The notes under the pieces were generated by a model. It had not been told where the DNA came from. It made no database searches and was given only the letters and a program-made list of their open reading frames with translations. DNA of 64,000 nucleotides. Origin: a virus. The stretch is taken from positions 35,009 to 99,008 of the IMG/VR virus record IMGVR_UViG_3300020448_000003; one strand, written 5' to 3'. This document shows positions 43,669 through 54,208 of the stretch, in pieces. The translations under genes and the position numbers were made by a program. Numbering within the stretch: the first letter of the stretch is position 1; every line of letters begins with the position of its first letter.

Positions 43669-46134
43669 TCAATTTAAGAAAATGGGTAGTCCTATTATTT
43701 GAGTTGGTCCTCCTGCACACCCTACAACCATTTTTCCTGCTCCAACGTTATATCTTGCTTGTCCTACTGGAACTACGTTTACAATACCACCACCAGGTCC
43801 AGCTGCTAGTTCTCCGATAACTCCTTTTGCAGCAGTAACCACTGTCATATGTCCACCTTTTGCACCTACTACTGTATCTAACATACCACCACCTTTTGCA
43901 CCTGTTTCTGCAATACGAATATGTGCTGCTGGCATTGGTGATAGACCAATACCTGTTCCACATATGGTGATATCAGGTCCTTTTATAATAGAAAGTCTAC
44001 CTGTGATTGCTGGTAATGGATTCATTGTTGCAATCATAACAAAGTGTGCATTAGCAATAAATTCTGTCTTCCATTGACATTCGTTAATAATCTCACCAGA
44101 GATTGAATTCATTAATGATGCGGACTTAACTGTTGTTGCAGTAGCATTGAGATCTAAGTTGTTTACAGCATTTACTGTTGTGTTTGCTGTTTGTGTTTTC
44201 CAATCACCTTCTATTGCTAAGTCATAATCAGAGGAGTATGTTGTTGACGCTTTCTGTTGTTGTGAATTTGGATTGCCACTATCATCAGTTCCAACACCTT
44301 GTGATATATGTTCTGTTCTAGTTCCTAATACTTCAACGTTGAAGTTACCCATAACTTTAAGAGTGTAATCACCCTCAATAGTTACAGTCTTATTACCTTT
44401 AACAGCACAACAGTCATCACCACCAATAATTGCAGTATTATTACCAGGCATATTAAGATGTTGATCACCCATCGCAGTAGCAATCGTAGTCTGACCACCA
44501 GCGTGTGTAACAATAGTTTTTTCTTTTCCTTTTGTATTATCCTGTATGACAGCAGCACCATTTAAAAATGTTGTTACCTGTGTTGCATACGAATCAATAC
44601 CCTGCATCAAATCAGAGAAATAATCTCCTTTAGTTTTTGATCCAGTGTATCCACCATCAGTACCATATGTACCTGTGTTAATTTCTATTTCTTGTTGTAA
44701 ATATTCTGGAACTGAAGCACACTCACTTGTACCAAACAAAGGCAACCAGAACTTTTGTTTCGGTGGCGATAAACTTCGTCCACAATCTTTATTACCAAAC
44801 AGTGATGTGATAATACCGATGATGATGCTTATTAATGAACCCCAGTTAATCTTAGAGAAATCAAATGCAAAGAGTGATTTTAATGCACCAACAACTTTTC
44901 TTGCTACTCCTGCAATATTTTTAGCAACTGCGATAGCAGCACTTACCTTCTGTGCTACTCCTGCTACTTTTCCAATAGCACCTTGAATCTTTCCTATAAC
45001 AGCGTTTACTGTATCGTTTACTTTATCAGCGATACCACCGATAACTTTATCTACTATATTACTTGCGATTGAATCAGCAAATGAATCTATATTATTGATA
45101 GCACCGTTAATAGCACCTAGAATATAACTTGCTTCAAAGTTACAGAACAGTGCTGTTATCTTACTTGCAAGTGATAACAACTTACTAATGATACCAAGTG
45201 GAGCAATACTAGAGAGTGCAGATGTTACACCACCTATCAATGCAGAGATTTGTTCTGCTAGTAACTGCTTCAAAGATGACATTACACCAGTGATGGAGTT
45301 AGCAACAAACTGTTTGACTTTTGCCAAACTGGTTACTATGATGTCGTTCTTAACTTTTTTACCTGTAATGAGAGAAACGAGATTACCATCTCTACCTTGT
45401 GCTAGTGAACCACTGAGATTACCTAATTCGGTAAGCATTCTATCAAGGTCTTTATCAAACCCTTCTCCTGTAGGACCTCCAATACCATCAGCAATACCAA
45501 ATGCTTCTGCTGGTATTTTTAGTGGGTTGGTAGCATAATGACCTGGTGACATTTGTTCAAGAATCGAAATGACACCACGTGATTTTTCTTCACCACCTTG
45601 TTCATCGCCAGGTGTATCTCCACCAATGACAGTAAACTGATTACCACTATGAACTGTCTCTCCTGTAATTGCTTTAGATTGAGGATTCATTTCCTCATCT
45701 GTTAGTGCTTCTTTACTATCAGCAACTACTGTAGCAGATATTTGTTCACCTGTTTCTGGATCTCCATCAGAACTCTTTGAGTCACTGAGGTTTCTCATAC
45801 CGTGTATCGACCCCATAACAACAGGTAACTGTGCTTCTTCACCATCAAGGAAGAAACCAAGAACCGTAGCACCTACTTGTAACTGAGTCGAAGTACCAGT
45901 ATTCTTGATACCCGCTTGGTCTGTAGGTAATAAAACAGATGACCACGGTAGTGCATCTGTTGGGATGTCATCTTTATATGCTACTTCTCCGTGACCTGTA
46001 TACCAACCGACAATACGAACTTTGACCCTACCAATCTTTTGGGGATCTTTAATGGATTCGACTTCACCCACCCACCAGGTGAATCCGTCCCTACCCATTA
46101 CGTCAGTTTTTCCGATTACATCAATACGTGCCAC
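43669..46134 (-). CDS. gp5: Baseplate hub/needle protein gp5 (OB fold plus beta-helix; no lysozyme domain seen)
   Basis: FTWWVGEVE..DP..GRVKVRIVG..LPW..VLGFFLDG..Q.PVVMG; V-x-G-N repeats at the C-terminus. Confidence 0.88.
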   Translation of the reverse strand: MARIDVIGKTDVMGRDGFTWWVGEVESIKDPQKIGRVKVRIVGWYTGHGEVAYKDDIPTDALPWSSVLLPTDQAGIKNTGTSTQLQVGATVLGFFLDGEEAQLPVVMGSIHGMRNLSDSKSSDGDPETGEQISATVVADSKEALTDEEMNPQSKAITGETVHSGNQFTVIGGDTPGDEQGGEEKSRGVISILEQMSPGHYATNPLKIPAEAFGIADGIGGPTGEGFDKDLDRMLTELGNLSGSLAQGRDGNLVSLITGKKVKNDIIVTSLAKVKQFVANSITGVMSSLKQLLAEQISALIGGVTSALSSIAPLGIISKLLSLASKITALFCNFEASYILGAINGAINNIDSFADSIASNIVDKVIGGIADKVNDTVNAVIGKIQGAIGKVAGVAQKVSAAIAVAKNIAGVARKVVGALKSLFAFDFSKINWGSLISIIIGIITSLFGNKDCGRSLSPPKQKFWLPLFGTSECASVPEYLQQEIEINTGTYGTDGGYTGSKTKGDYFSDLMQGIDSYATQVTTFLNGAAVIQDNTKGKEKTIVTHAGGQTTIATAMGDQHLNMPGNNTAIIGGDDCCAVKGNKTVTIEGDYTLKVMGNFNVEVLGTRTEHISQGVGTDDSGNPNSQQQKASTTYSSDYDLAIEGDWKTQTANTTVNAVNNLDLNATATTVKSASLMNSISGEIINECQWKTEFIANAHFVMIATMNPLPAITGRLSIIKGPDITICGTGIGLSPMPAAHIRIAETGAKGGGMLDTVVGAKGGHMTVVTAAKGVIGELAAGPGGGIVNVVPVGQARYNVGAGKMVVGCAGGPTQIIGLPIFLN

Positions 46135-46136
46135 GA

Positions 46137-46700
46137 TTAACTATAAGAAATCCATCCTGTTACTATGTATTTATCCTCTTTAGGAGCAGGAACTCCGTGA
46201 TGAACGTGAGTCCAATCACACGGCCATAACAAAGTCAACCCTTTTTCAGGTTTCATTGACAGGTCTTGGTGTACCCACTGGGTTTCTCCACCCTCTTCTA
46301 CATTGTTTAGATACGTCATCCAGACTAAGTGTCTAAAGGATGTAGTTTTATTTGATCCTACTCTCTCAGTATGAGGTTGAGAGAATGCTTCACCAGGTTT
46401 GTAATGTTGAATATTAAATGGTTCTATTACTTCCAAATCTGCCATCGATGCCCAAGGATACTGATCAATGTATAGTGTGATAGCACCTTGAATAGCATCA
46501 AGATATTTGACGATACGTGGATCCTTTATGAATGAAGGAACCGCCATATCTGTTGAGTTTTTAATTATAGGATCTACTCCACCAGAGTACTCACCTTTTA
46601 CTTTATCTAAGTAGGTACAGTCATTGTAGAATTCCATAACTCCATCAACGATGTCCTCATCTATGTGTCCTCCAGCAATGAAGGATTGTACTGCACTCAT
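46137..46700 (-). CDS. 2OG-Fe(II) oxygenase (prolyl-hydroxylase-like)
   Basis: FNIQHY..PHTE..RHLVWMTYLN..GGET..WTHVHHG..KYIVTGW. Confidence 0.88.
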   Translation of the reverse strand: MSAVQSFIAGGHIDEDIVDGVMEFYNDCTYLDKVKGEYSGGVDPIIKNSTDMAVPSFIKDPRIVKYLDAIQGAITLYIDQYPWASMADLEVIEPFNIQHYKPGEAFSQPHTERVGSNKTTSFRHLVWMTYLNNVEEGGETQWVHQDLSMKPEKGLTLLWPCDWTHVHHGVPAPKEDKYIVTGWISYS

Positions 46701-46724
46701 AATATAAGTTTAAGTTATTATTAT

Positions 46725-46952
46725 TTAGTCGTCATAAACCAAACATTCTGGTTCATCTGGGTGCATATCGCAGAATAATTCTAAAGCATTAGGGTCGTGA
46801 TGATCTCCTGCTTCAATCTCATCTTTGTGATGCTGTGCATAGACTTCTAACTCGTGTAACTCTTCCTTATAGTGTCTGCGTGCAGCAGGACTTGTAGTGG
46901 GGTCGTCAACGATCTTTTGATCTTTTTTGATGTGATCTTCTATTGTTTTCAT
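46725..46952 (-). CDS. cp12: CP12 Calvin-cycle inhibitor
   Basis: C-terminal LELFCDMHPDEPECLVYDD signature. Confidence 0.93.
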   Translation of the reverse strand: MKTIEDHIKKDQKIVDDPTTSPAARRHYKEELHELEVYAQHHKDEIEAGDHHDPNALELFCDMHPDEPECLVYDD

Positions 46953-46953
46953 A

Positions 46954-48336
46954 TTAGTTAGGTGTTTGAACTGAGTCTTTAGATAGCTTCAAAAACGTGG
47001 TTATTCCTTCACGTGTGTAAGAATGTTCTAAACCTGTTACTAGATAGAGACCAGAATAAATTGGATCTGGTACAGTTCTATTTTCTTCTTTAGAAGAAGA
47101 TGGAATCAAACATTCAATAATCATTCCTACATACAATCCTACATTACCAGGTACAGTAATGTCAAGTGAAATAGCATTTAATAGTTGCCAACGAGAGTAA
47201 CTATATGCTGACGCACTAATAGTATCATAGTCCATATTACCAGCAGACCCTGTAGAATCTTTGTCATTCTTAGAATCTTTCATACCTGGTAAGGCACGAA
47301 TCTTAGTACGTGTAGGATTACTATCCTCAAAGTATTTAGGCTTTATCTTAGGATAAGGAAACTGATCGTTTAAAATAGCACCCGCTTCTTTAGCAATCCC
47401 AAACACAGAATTGAGACCCATATGTAACGGTGGATTGATAGATCCAGCACTTTTACTTTCATCTTCACTAGAAGATGATGGTAAATTTCCTGATGTTAGT
47501 GCTGGTAATTTTATACCAATCACAGTATTACTATAGGCACCTGTTCTCATTTTTTCAAGATGGTTAGCCCTGTCGGGAAAGTTTATACTTTCAATCTTAT
47601 ATGTGTTATCTGTGCTATCACCCACGTTTGCTTGTTCGTATGTGTATACTGGGTGATTTTCTTTTGTAGGATTTTTATCAGAGCAGTGCCAATCTAATGT
47701 ATGAAAATAATAACCGTGTTTGTTTTCATAAAAAGTATATCCAGCTGTCTGTGTCTCTTCACTTACGATCTTATCTTGAATGTATGATATAGCATCAAAT
47801 GGTCTCCAACTGGGTGAAATAAAATTAAAGTTACCCTTAGATGGCTCAAAAGAATATGTTTTACCACTTGATTTAAGATGATCTTTTAATATACTTTTAA
47901 CGTGTGATGATCCACTATTCTCTCTGAATACTTTAAACACCTTGTTACTTTCATTGTTCATCATCTCTGGTGATACAGTGAAGAGAACATATGCTTGTGC
48001 TCTTTCAGATTTAGTTACGGCACCTATTTTAAAAATTCTTTGACTGATGGAAAGTGGTAAACCAGGTGAGCAATCACTTTCTATTTCTATCTCAATAAGT
48101 TCATTACCAGTCATACCACTGATAATATCTTTAGTATCTAATATAGCAAATTCCATTCTAAGAGAAGGAACATCAATAGATTCAAAGTATCTCCAACCAG
48201 AACATATATTACGAATATCTAGAACACTACCTTTCTCTGGTGATATATCATCAGTCATAGTAGTATTGTCCCCATCATCTAGCATAATGAGGTTAAACTT
48301 AGTTAATTTATATCCTTTGGGTTGTGCGTCAGACAT
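46954..48336 (-). CDS. Baseplate hub/tail protein (gp27-like)
   Basis: YFESI..P..D..GNE, P.WRPF.AI, FYEN..GYYF, ITVPGN..G..SGLYLV..H. Confidence 0.65.
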   Translation of the reverse strand: MSDAQPKGYKLTKFNLIMLDDGDNTTMTDDISPEKGSVLDIRNICSGWRYFESIDVPSLRMEFAILDTKDIISGMTGNELIEIEIESDCSPGLPLSISQRIFKIGAVTKSERAQAYVLFTVSPEMMNNESNKVFKVFRENSGSSHVKSILKDHLKSSGKTYSFEPSKGNFNFISPSWRPFDAISYIQDKIVSEETQTAGYTFYENKHGYYFHTLDWHCSDKNPTKENHPVYTYEQANVGDSTDNTYKIESINFPDRANHLEKMRTGAYSNTVIGIKLPALTSGNLPSSSSEDESKSAGSINPPLHMGLNSVFGIAKEAGAILNDQFPYPKIKPKYFEDSNPTRTKIRALPGMKDSKNDKDSTGSAGNMDYDTISASAYSYSRWQLLNAISLDITVPGNVGLYVGMIIECLIPSSSKEENRTVPDPIYSGLYLVTGLEHSYTREGITTFLKLSKDSVQTPN

Positions 48337-50219
48337 TATAAACTACTGAGTGGTGCAGATCCTTCAGCACTTCGACCAAATCTACTGAATAGGTAATCCG
48401 TAGCAGGATTACGTGGACTTTCTTGTACTATTGGCATTGATGGTGCACCATCATCAATAATTGTCTTAGAGTCAGGCAATACCATAGCATCTGCAACGAT
48501 TGTTTGTATAGAATCTTTCATATTTGCACCTGATGCTTTAGATGCTGCTGTTTTTACTTTACCATATGCTGCTTGTAATAGTTTGCCAACTTCTTTAGGA
48601 TCTGGGCTGACTGCTTGGAATATAGGTGCAACTGCATTGATCACTGGATGTGACATAATGACAGGTTCTACCTTGTCAGCAACACGTCCAACGAGACTCT
48701 TCATTGCTTTGAACATACCACCTGTAGAGAGCTCAGGAATATTTCCAAGATGAACAGTCCTTGCCATAGTAGGTGCTATCTGCCCACCATCACTAAATTG
48801 TGGCATCTTAAATCCCATAGATGATGCTTGTTGCATACGTGATGCAGTCAAACCAGGATTCATACGGGTGTGTGGCGTATCAAACGGGATAACAAATCCA
48901 CCAGATGAACGTTTTGCAACATACTCTACACCGTGACCTATGAAATCAACCTGTGTTCCATTGAGTGATACAGGATAACCACTCATCGGACCTGATATCC
49001 ATCCCCCAGCTGACATTTGTTTTACATTATCACCATCACCTGTTGGTGTAACGTCAGTGCTTGGCACCATCTTAAGTAATGCTGTAATACCTTTGAATAA
49101 CAATATCAAAGGTCCGAGAACAATTTTACCCATCTGTTCTGCTATGTTCATTAACACTGGTAGATGTGGTTTTATAAATTTTGTAATGTTATCAATCACA
49201 GGTCCCATTGCCACAAACATATCCTTAAATGCTTTCATTACTGGATCAAATATCTTCTTAACAAACGCCATTATCTTACCAAATACTTCTTTTACAGTAT
49301 TGAAGAAATCTTTTGCTATAGGTCCTAAAAACTTACCTACGTTTTTACCAAGGAAACCACCTAAAGCACCACCGATAGCACCACCTATAGGACCTGCTAT
49401 CTGATTACCTATCATAGCTCCACCAGTTGCACCAACTCCTGCTCCGACTCCCCCACCTATCGCTGCTGACTGTCTATCTTCTTCATCTATAGATTCATCA
49501 CTCATTATATCGTTATACGAAGCAACACCAGCTATTGCACCAAGACCCAACTGTCCTACAATATTACCACCTAAGAACTTCGCCATATTCATTATACCCT
49601 TTCCTACAAGGGATAACATTGACGAGAACGCTTTGACAGTTGCTATTGGACTTGTTAAGAAACTTAGTCCTAACAATGCTGCTGATGCAGCACCCATTAA
49701 TTTAGCAGCACCTTTCAGTCGATCCCACCAATTACTTTTTTCACCAAATGTTTGATCCCACGTTTTTCCTATCCAATCAACAAGTCTTGTAAATGTTGTA
49801 AACATCCACTTAAAAAATTTACCAACACGATCAAATGTTCTCTGGAGATTTGCTTGATTCTTAGGATCACTCAACCATTGCAAAGCACTGAATACAATTA
49901 AATTCTTAAAGAGTTTCCATAGATGACCAAGGAAACCAATACTAGCTTTAGCAATATTACCAACTATCTTCTGTGCGTTACTTGTTATTGCTTCTATTCT
50001 ATTCTCTCTTGCTTTATCTCTTGCTAATGCTGCTGCTTTTCTAGCATCCTCCATCTCTGCGACCATACCATCTCGTAGAGATTTTACAACAACACCAAGA
50101 CTATTGACAGTAGCACCCAAAGAGTTAACTGCCTTTACAGTTACTTTAAAGCTCTTTGCATTTATCCTACCTGTCGGTGGAGTTACATTTTTATAAAACC
50201 TAATCTTAGATACTGCCAT
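48336..50219 (-). CDS. Tape-measure/baseplate hub-like protein (gp29-like)
   Basis: Amphipathic helical repeats, GA-rich GxxxG segment, MSAGGWI.GP.SGY motif. Confidence 0.55.
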   Translation of the reverse strand: MAVSKIRFYKNVTPPTGRINAKSFKVTVKAVNSLGATVNSLGVVVKSLRDGMVAEMEDARKAAALARDKARENRIEAITSNAQKIVGNIAKASIGFLGHLWKLFKNLIVFSALQWLSDPKNQANLQRTFDRVGKFFKWMFTTFTRLVDWIGKTWDQTFGEKSNWWDRLKGAAKLMGAASAALLGLSFLTSPIATVKAFSSMLSLVGKGIMNMAKFLGGNIVGQLGLGAIAGVASYNDIMSDESIDEEDRQSAAIGGGVGAGVGATGGAMIGNQIAGPIGGAIGGALGGFLGKNVGKFLGPIAKDFFNTVKEVFGKIMAFVKKIFDPVMKAFKDMFVAMGPVIDNITKFIKPHLPVLMNIAEQMGKIVLGPLILLFKGITALLKMVPSTDVTPTGDGDNVKQMSAGGWISGPMSGYPVSLNGTQVDFIGHGVEYVAKRSSGGFVIPFDTPHTRMNPGLTASRMQQASSMGFKMPQFSDGGQIAPTMARTVHLGNIPELSTGGMFKAMKSLVGRVADKVEPVIMSHPVINAVAPIFQAVSPDPKEVGKLLQAAYGKVKTAASKASGANMKDSIQTIVADAMVLPDSKTIIDDGAPSMPIVQESPRNPATDYLFSRFGRSAEGSAPLSSL

Positions 50220-52553
50220 TTATACAAGACCTACTGAGGATGTTTTAGAAAGAACTGGAGTACCTTCACGTATGACCTGTACTTCTTTCTTAGATTTAAC
50301 CAAAGGTTGCATAACAACTATCGTTTGTACACCACTTGTCAACTCTTCACCAGCGAGTGCTTCGGATCTATTTTTCATTTCAGCACTGGTGTTATTTAGT
50401 TTATCGGGTGGCAATGTTTCAATAGGTGCGTTAGGTGTACCAAATAGACCAGGATATATCTTTGTAGGATCTAAATGCTCACTGGTACCCATCTTATAAA
50501 CATCAAAATGTAAATGTGTATCGTTGATATCTCTACCAATTTTACTCATATCAACAAGGTTTCCTATCTTCTGTCCTGCTTTGATATGATCACCAACTGC
50601 GACTGATGGTAACATATGCAAATATCTGTGATCAAATCCATCTGCACTTCTTATCATTAACCCTGCCATATAATTTAAAGTGTTATCATATTTCTCTTTC
50701 AATACTTGACCACCAGTTAGAGCAACAACATCAATAGCAGGGTCAGCACCAAATGGAGGTTTCTCTGTTAAGTCAATACCTGTATGTGCACCATAACTAC
50801 GTGGTGCACCATAACGTTGACCTGGTTGTCCTGCGTATCTTCCCATAGGTAATGGGAAAATCTTTGTATTGGAAACAGTTACATTCTTCTCTAGCGGTCC
50901 TCCACCATCTTCAAGACTATTAACTAATTCTTGTGCATCTTTTGCTTTCTGTTCAGCATAAGGAATAAGAACATTTGTCCAGTGATCTATCTTTTCATCA
51001 ATAGTAGAACCAAATGGATGTCTGTGACCGTTCATTATATTCATACCTGGTGCACCATTACTGGTTTTAATAACACCATCAACTCCTGTCCATATACTTC
51101 TCTTACTACCACCTTCCTCAGCTTTCTTTTTCTTAAGGTCAGCAACTTGTTTACGTAAACGTTTTACATCCTCGGTTTCATTAACTAATTGTGCAGATGC
51201 CTTAGATTCTTCTGATCCAAATGTTCTTTGGAAGTAATTAACTGTACCTCCTACAACATTTTGACCAAGATTAATAAGATACATTAGTTTCTCAAATACT
51301 GCCTTTAGACCTGGTGAATTTAAAAACTCATTTACTTTCTTAACTGCTGCTTCTGCTACTGGTTTCAACATATTCCACACAGTTTTTAACGCTGGAACGA
51401 GTGCATCTATCATATCTCTAACAGAGTCAATCAAAGGTGTAAGATATGCCTTCCATAAAGGCATCATAATCTCACCTATGAATTTCTTTATAGGTTTTAT
51501 GATAGGTGTTATAGCATCACCTACAAATGCACCAATCTTATCTCCTAGAAATCCACCTAACAAGTTACCAACAATAGGACCAAAAGGACCTAGTATCGGT
51601 GTTAACAATGCAGTCAACGCTGCACCACCCACAGCAGCACCAATACCACCACCAATCGCTTTCTGAGCTGAGTCTCCTGATTGCAATCTTGTAATTGTAG
51701 CAGTAGCACCCGCTAAGAATGGCATACCTTTAGAAAGGAAACCAGTTGCTTTACCCTGCATAAACCTACCCGCCTTGACTCTAGTAAGACGTTTAAGTCG
51801 TAACATTCTTGTTCTTCTTGCTCTTATTCTATTTCTCATATTACCGAATCTTTTGACTCGTTTCATTCTCTCATTTCTAAGTTTCTTGATATTTTGTGCT
51901 CTCTTTAATTTTTTACCCCAAGAAGTTTTTCCTACAGTGTTCTTGTAAAACTTAACTAAACTTTGATAATCACCTATTAATTTCCAAGGTTGCAATACTC
52001 TAGTCGCAACAAAAAAGGCACCAAGACCACCAATGATCTTAAGTGCACCCATTATTAAACTCTTTTCACCAAATGCCTCCATTATCCAGTTGACACCTGT
52101 ATTCAATATCTTATAAACACTACCCAACCATTTACCTATTAAAGGTAAACTAAAATCAAGAATACCTTTAAATTTAGGATTTGATAGTAAATCTAGTAGA
52201 AACCACGTTCCTACCTTCATAGCAATCCATTTAAAAGGTTGCAACAATTTATTCAACCATTTAGTTGCATTTTTAGCAACTCCACTTTTTTTAGATTCTG
52301 ACTCTACTGCTTTTTCTGTGTCTGATTCTAACTTATTCTCAGTATCTTTATCTTTCTGTAAATTTGCTTCGTCATTCTGATCTTTCCAATATGCCAACCT
52401 CTGATTGTGCATATCAGCAAATATTGCTCCAATATCTTCCACGACAAAACCCATCCTGTTGATGGCAAATGTAAATCCTTGTACAGGATTTTTTGCAGTG
52501 CCTACTTTCTCAGGAATAAACTTTCGTATGTTTAGCGGTCTTGCCCCTTCCAT
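50220..52553 (-). CDS. Tape-measure-like protein with C-terminal M23 peptidase
   Basis: YGAPR..HTGIDL..RYLHM..V.VGD.IKAGQ.IG..HLHFDV. Confidence 0.75.
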   Translation of the reverse strand: MEGARPLNIRKFIPEKVGTAKNPVQGFTFAINRMGFVVEDIGAIFADMHNQRLAYWKDQNDEANLQKDKDTENKLESDTEKAVESESKKSGVAKNATKWLNKLLQPFKWIAMKVGTWFLLDLLSNPKFKGILDFSLPLIGKWLGSVYKILNTGVNWIMEAFGEKSLIMGALKIIGGLGAFFVATRVLQPWKLIGDYQSLVKFYKNTVGKTSWGKKLKRAQNIKKLRNERMKRVKRFGNMRNRIRARRTRMLRLKRLTRVKAGRFMQGKATGFLSKGMPFLAGATATITRLQSGDSAQKAIGGGIGAAVGGAALTALLTPILGPFGPIVGNLLGGFLGDKIGAFVGDAITPIIKPIKKFIGEIMMPLWKAYLTPLIDSVRDMIDALVPALKTVWNMLKPVAEAAVKKVNEFLNSPGLKAVFEKLMYLINLGQNVVGGTVNYFQRTFGSEESKASAQLVNETEDVKRLRKQVADLKKKKAEEGGSKRSIWTGVDGVIKTSNGAPGMNIMNGHRHPFGSTIDEKIDHWTNVLIPYAEQKAKDAQELVNSLEDGGGPLEKNVTVSNTKIFPLPMGRYAGQPGQRYGAPRSYGAHTGIDLTEKPPFGADPAIDVVALTGGQVLKEKYDNTLNYMAGLMIRSADGFDHRYLHMLPSVAVGDHIKAGQKIGNLVDMSKIGRDINDTHLHFDVYKMGTSEHLDPTKIYPGLFGTPNAPIETLPPDKLNNTSAEMKNRSEALAGEELTSGVQTIVVMQPLVKSKKEVQVIREGTPVLSKTSSVGLV

Positions 52554-52741
52554 TAGAGTTGTTGTCCAGGAGGTGAGTTTTGAAAGTCTTGTTGTTTTTG
52601 TCGTCTTTCTTCTTCACGAAGATAACGTATCAACAAATTCACATAAACATCTCTTTCCCACGGAATCATATTCTCAAGTTCTGTAAGACTATACTTATGA
52701 TGTTGCATCAAAGCAAAATTAGTCTCATACAGATTCATCAT
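52553..52741 (-). CDS. gp51: Baseplate hub assembly catalyst gp51
   Basis: NFALMQHHKYSLTELENMIPWERDVYV. Confidence 0.85.
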   Translation of the reverse strand: MMNLYETNFALMQHHKYSLTELENMIPWERDVYVNLLIRYLREEERRQKQQDFQNSPPGQQL

Positions 52742-52758
52742 CGAATCGTGGGATAGGG

Positions 52759-53463
52759 CTACTCGAAAAAAGCTGCTAGTCCCTCTAGTGTAACTGTACT
52801 TTTTACTTCAGTCTTTGGATTGAATACCTCGATCTCGTGAGATAACTTTGGCATCGTTTCAAAGAATTTTTGAACTGATGTAAACTGCTGTGAATTCATA
52901 CTTTCAAAGAACTCTACTAACTCTGCCTTTTTATAAGACTTTGCTTCGTGAAGTTCCTCACCGTCAGCAATAGTATCAGTACAATCTGCTGCTAGTTTGA
53001 ATACATCTTCAAGACCAGGATTATCTGATAGATTATTTTTCACAAAACTATCCAAAGATGGATATTTCATAGTTAAGGTGATCTGATCAGTTAATTTAAT
53101 CACATTAGTATGATCTTTTGGGATTTCAACTTTAACTTCATCCAAGTTGACTTCTACTTCAACTTGTGTTTTTTCATCATCAGGGCAAGTTAGTTTAAAT
53201 TCACTAACTTCACCTACAGATTTACCACGAATTTTTAAGAATAGATATTCAATATCAAATGTAGCAAGTTCACTTAGATTCTTGACATTTGTACAATTCT
53301 TGATAATCTCTTTAACTGCCTTGATCATCTCTTTGTTATTTTGAGTTTCCATTGCCATATAAAGCAATTTCTCTTCTCTAACTAGAAATGGTCGATAGGT
53401 GACTTTCTGACCTCTTGGCAGGGTGCATTCATAGTCTGGAATGCTCAGTTTTGGTAAAGGCAT
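52759..53463 (-). CDS. gp26: Baseplate hub subunit gp26
   Basis: MPLPK..YRPFLVREEK.L..FDIEYLFLKIRGKSVGE. Confidence 0.9.
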   Translation of the reverse strand: MPLPKLSIPDYECTLPRGQKVTYRPFLVREEKLLYMAMETQNNKEMIKAVKEIIKNCTNVKNLSELATFDIEYLFLKIRGKSVGEVSEFKLTCPDDEKTQVEVEVNLDEVKVEIPKDHTNVIKLTDQITLTMKYPSLDSFVKNNLSDNPGLEDVFKLAADCTDTIADGEELHEAKSYKKAELVEFFESMNSQQFTSVQKFFETMPKLSHEIEVFNPKTEVKSTVTLEGLAAFFE

Positions 53464-53491
53464 ATTTAAGGGGAGTACAACTCAGTAGAAT

Positions 53492-53498
53492 TATTTAG
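53492..53498 (-). promoter_or_regulatory. Late promoter variant CTAAATA
   Basis: Upstream of gp26. Confidence 0.55.
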
Positions 53499-54208
53499 AC
53501 ACCAAAGGCAGAACCTATTTTGATGTCATCCATAGTTTTTAAAACATCTTCAGTTAAAACAGTGTCATTTGTCCACTCATTAGGTTTCTTTATCTTGGCA
53601 GAGAACCTATATCTTTCAAATTTAAAGACAACATCCATCTTAACTAAACCGTTTTGTTCATTGGTAAATGTTAATTGACCCATATTCGTCGGAAAACAAC
53701 CAACGAACTGGAAAACACCTACCGATCTATTCATTCTTGTTTCAAACTTCTTACCATTAACAACTTTTTGTGCTAAAACATTAGATCCTCTTTCCCATTT
53801 CTCTACAAATATATCTGCTGTATAATCGTCATAGAAACCAACTCTATTTTCTGAGTCTGGTGCCATTGCTTGCATCCATTTCTCAAAGAAGTTTCTATGC
53901 CACATATTTTTAGTGGTTATGAACGAAATAGTAAGTTCGTTAGGAATTTGTCCAGTTGCATAAGTACGCTGAACACCAACATTTTTAATATCTCCCGTGG
54001 TGACTCCACGAGAAGGTATAGTAACATTATCTGCAAAATAGTTAACCGCTTTGTATATTTCTTGACTTTGGGCTTGACTCCAACCTTCCATTGCAGCGAA
54101 TACTAAAGGGAAACCAATCCACGCAGCATAAAGATTACCTAAAGTCGGTTCATAGGCACCTGTACTTACAATATCTTGAAAATTAATAAACGAATTAGGT
54201 ACTTTCAA
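53495..54208 (-). CDS. Tail tube-like baseplate protein (gp54/gp19 fold)
   Basis: VTIPSR..LTISF..RNFFEKW..YDDY..GCFPTNMG..F..Y; synteny with gp2 and gp26. Confidence 0.65.
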   Translation of the reverse strand: MKVPNSFINFQDIVSTGAYEPTLGNLYAAWIGFPLVFAAMEGWSQAQSQEIYKAVNYFADNVTIPSRGVTTGDIKNVGVQRTYATGQIPNELTISFITTKNMWHRNFFEKWMQAMAPDSENRVGFYDDYTADIFVEKWERGSNVLAQKVVNGKKFETRMNRSVGVFQFVGCFPTNMGQLTFTNEQNGLVKMDVVFKFERYRFSAKIKKPNEWTNDTVLTEDVLKTMDDIKIGSAFGV

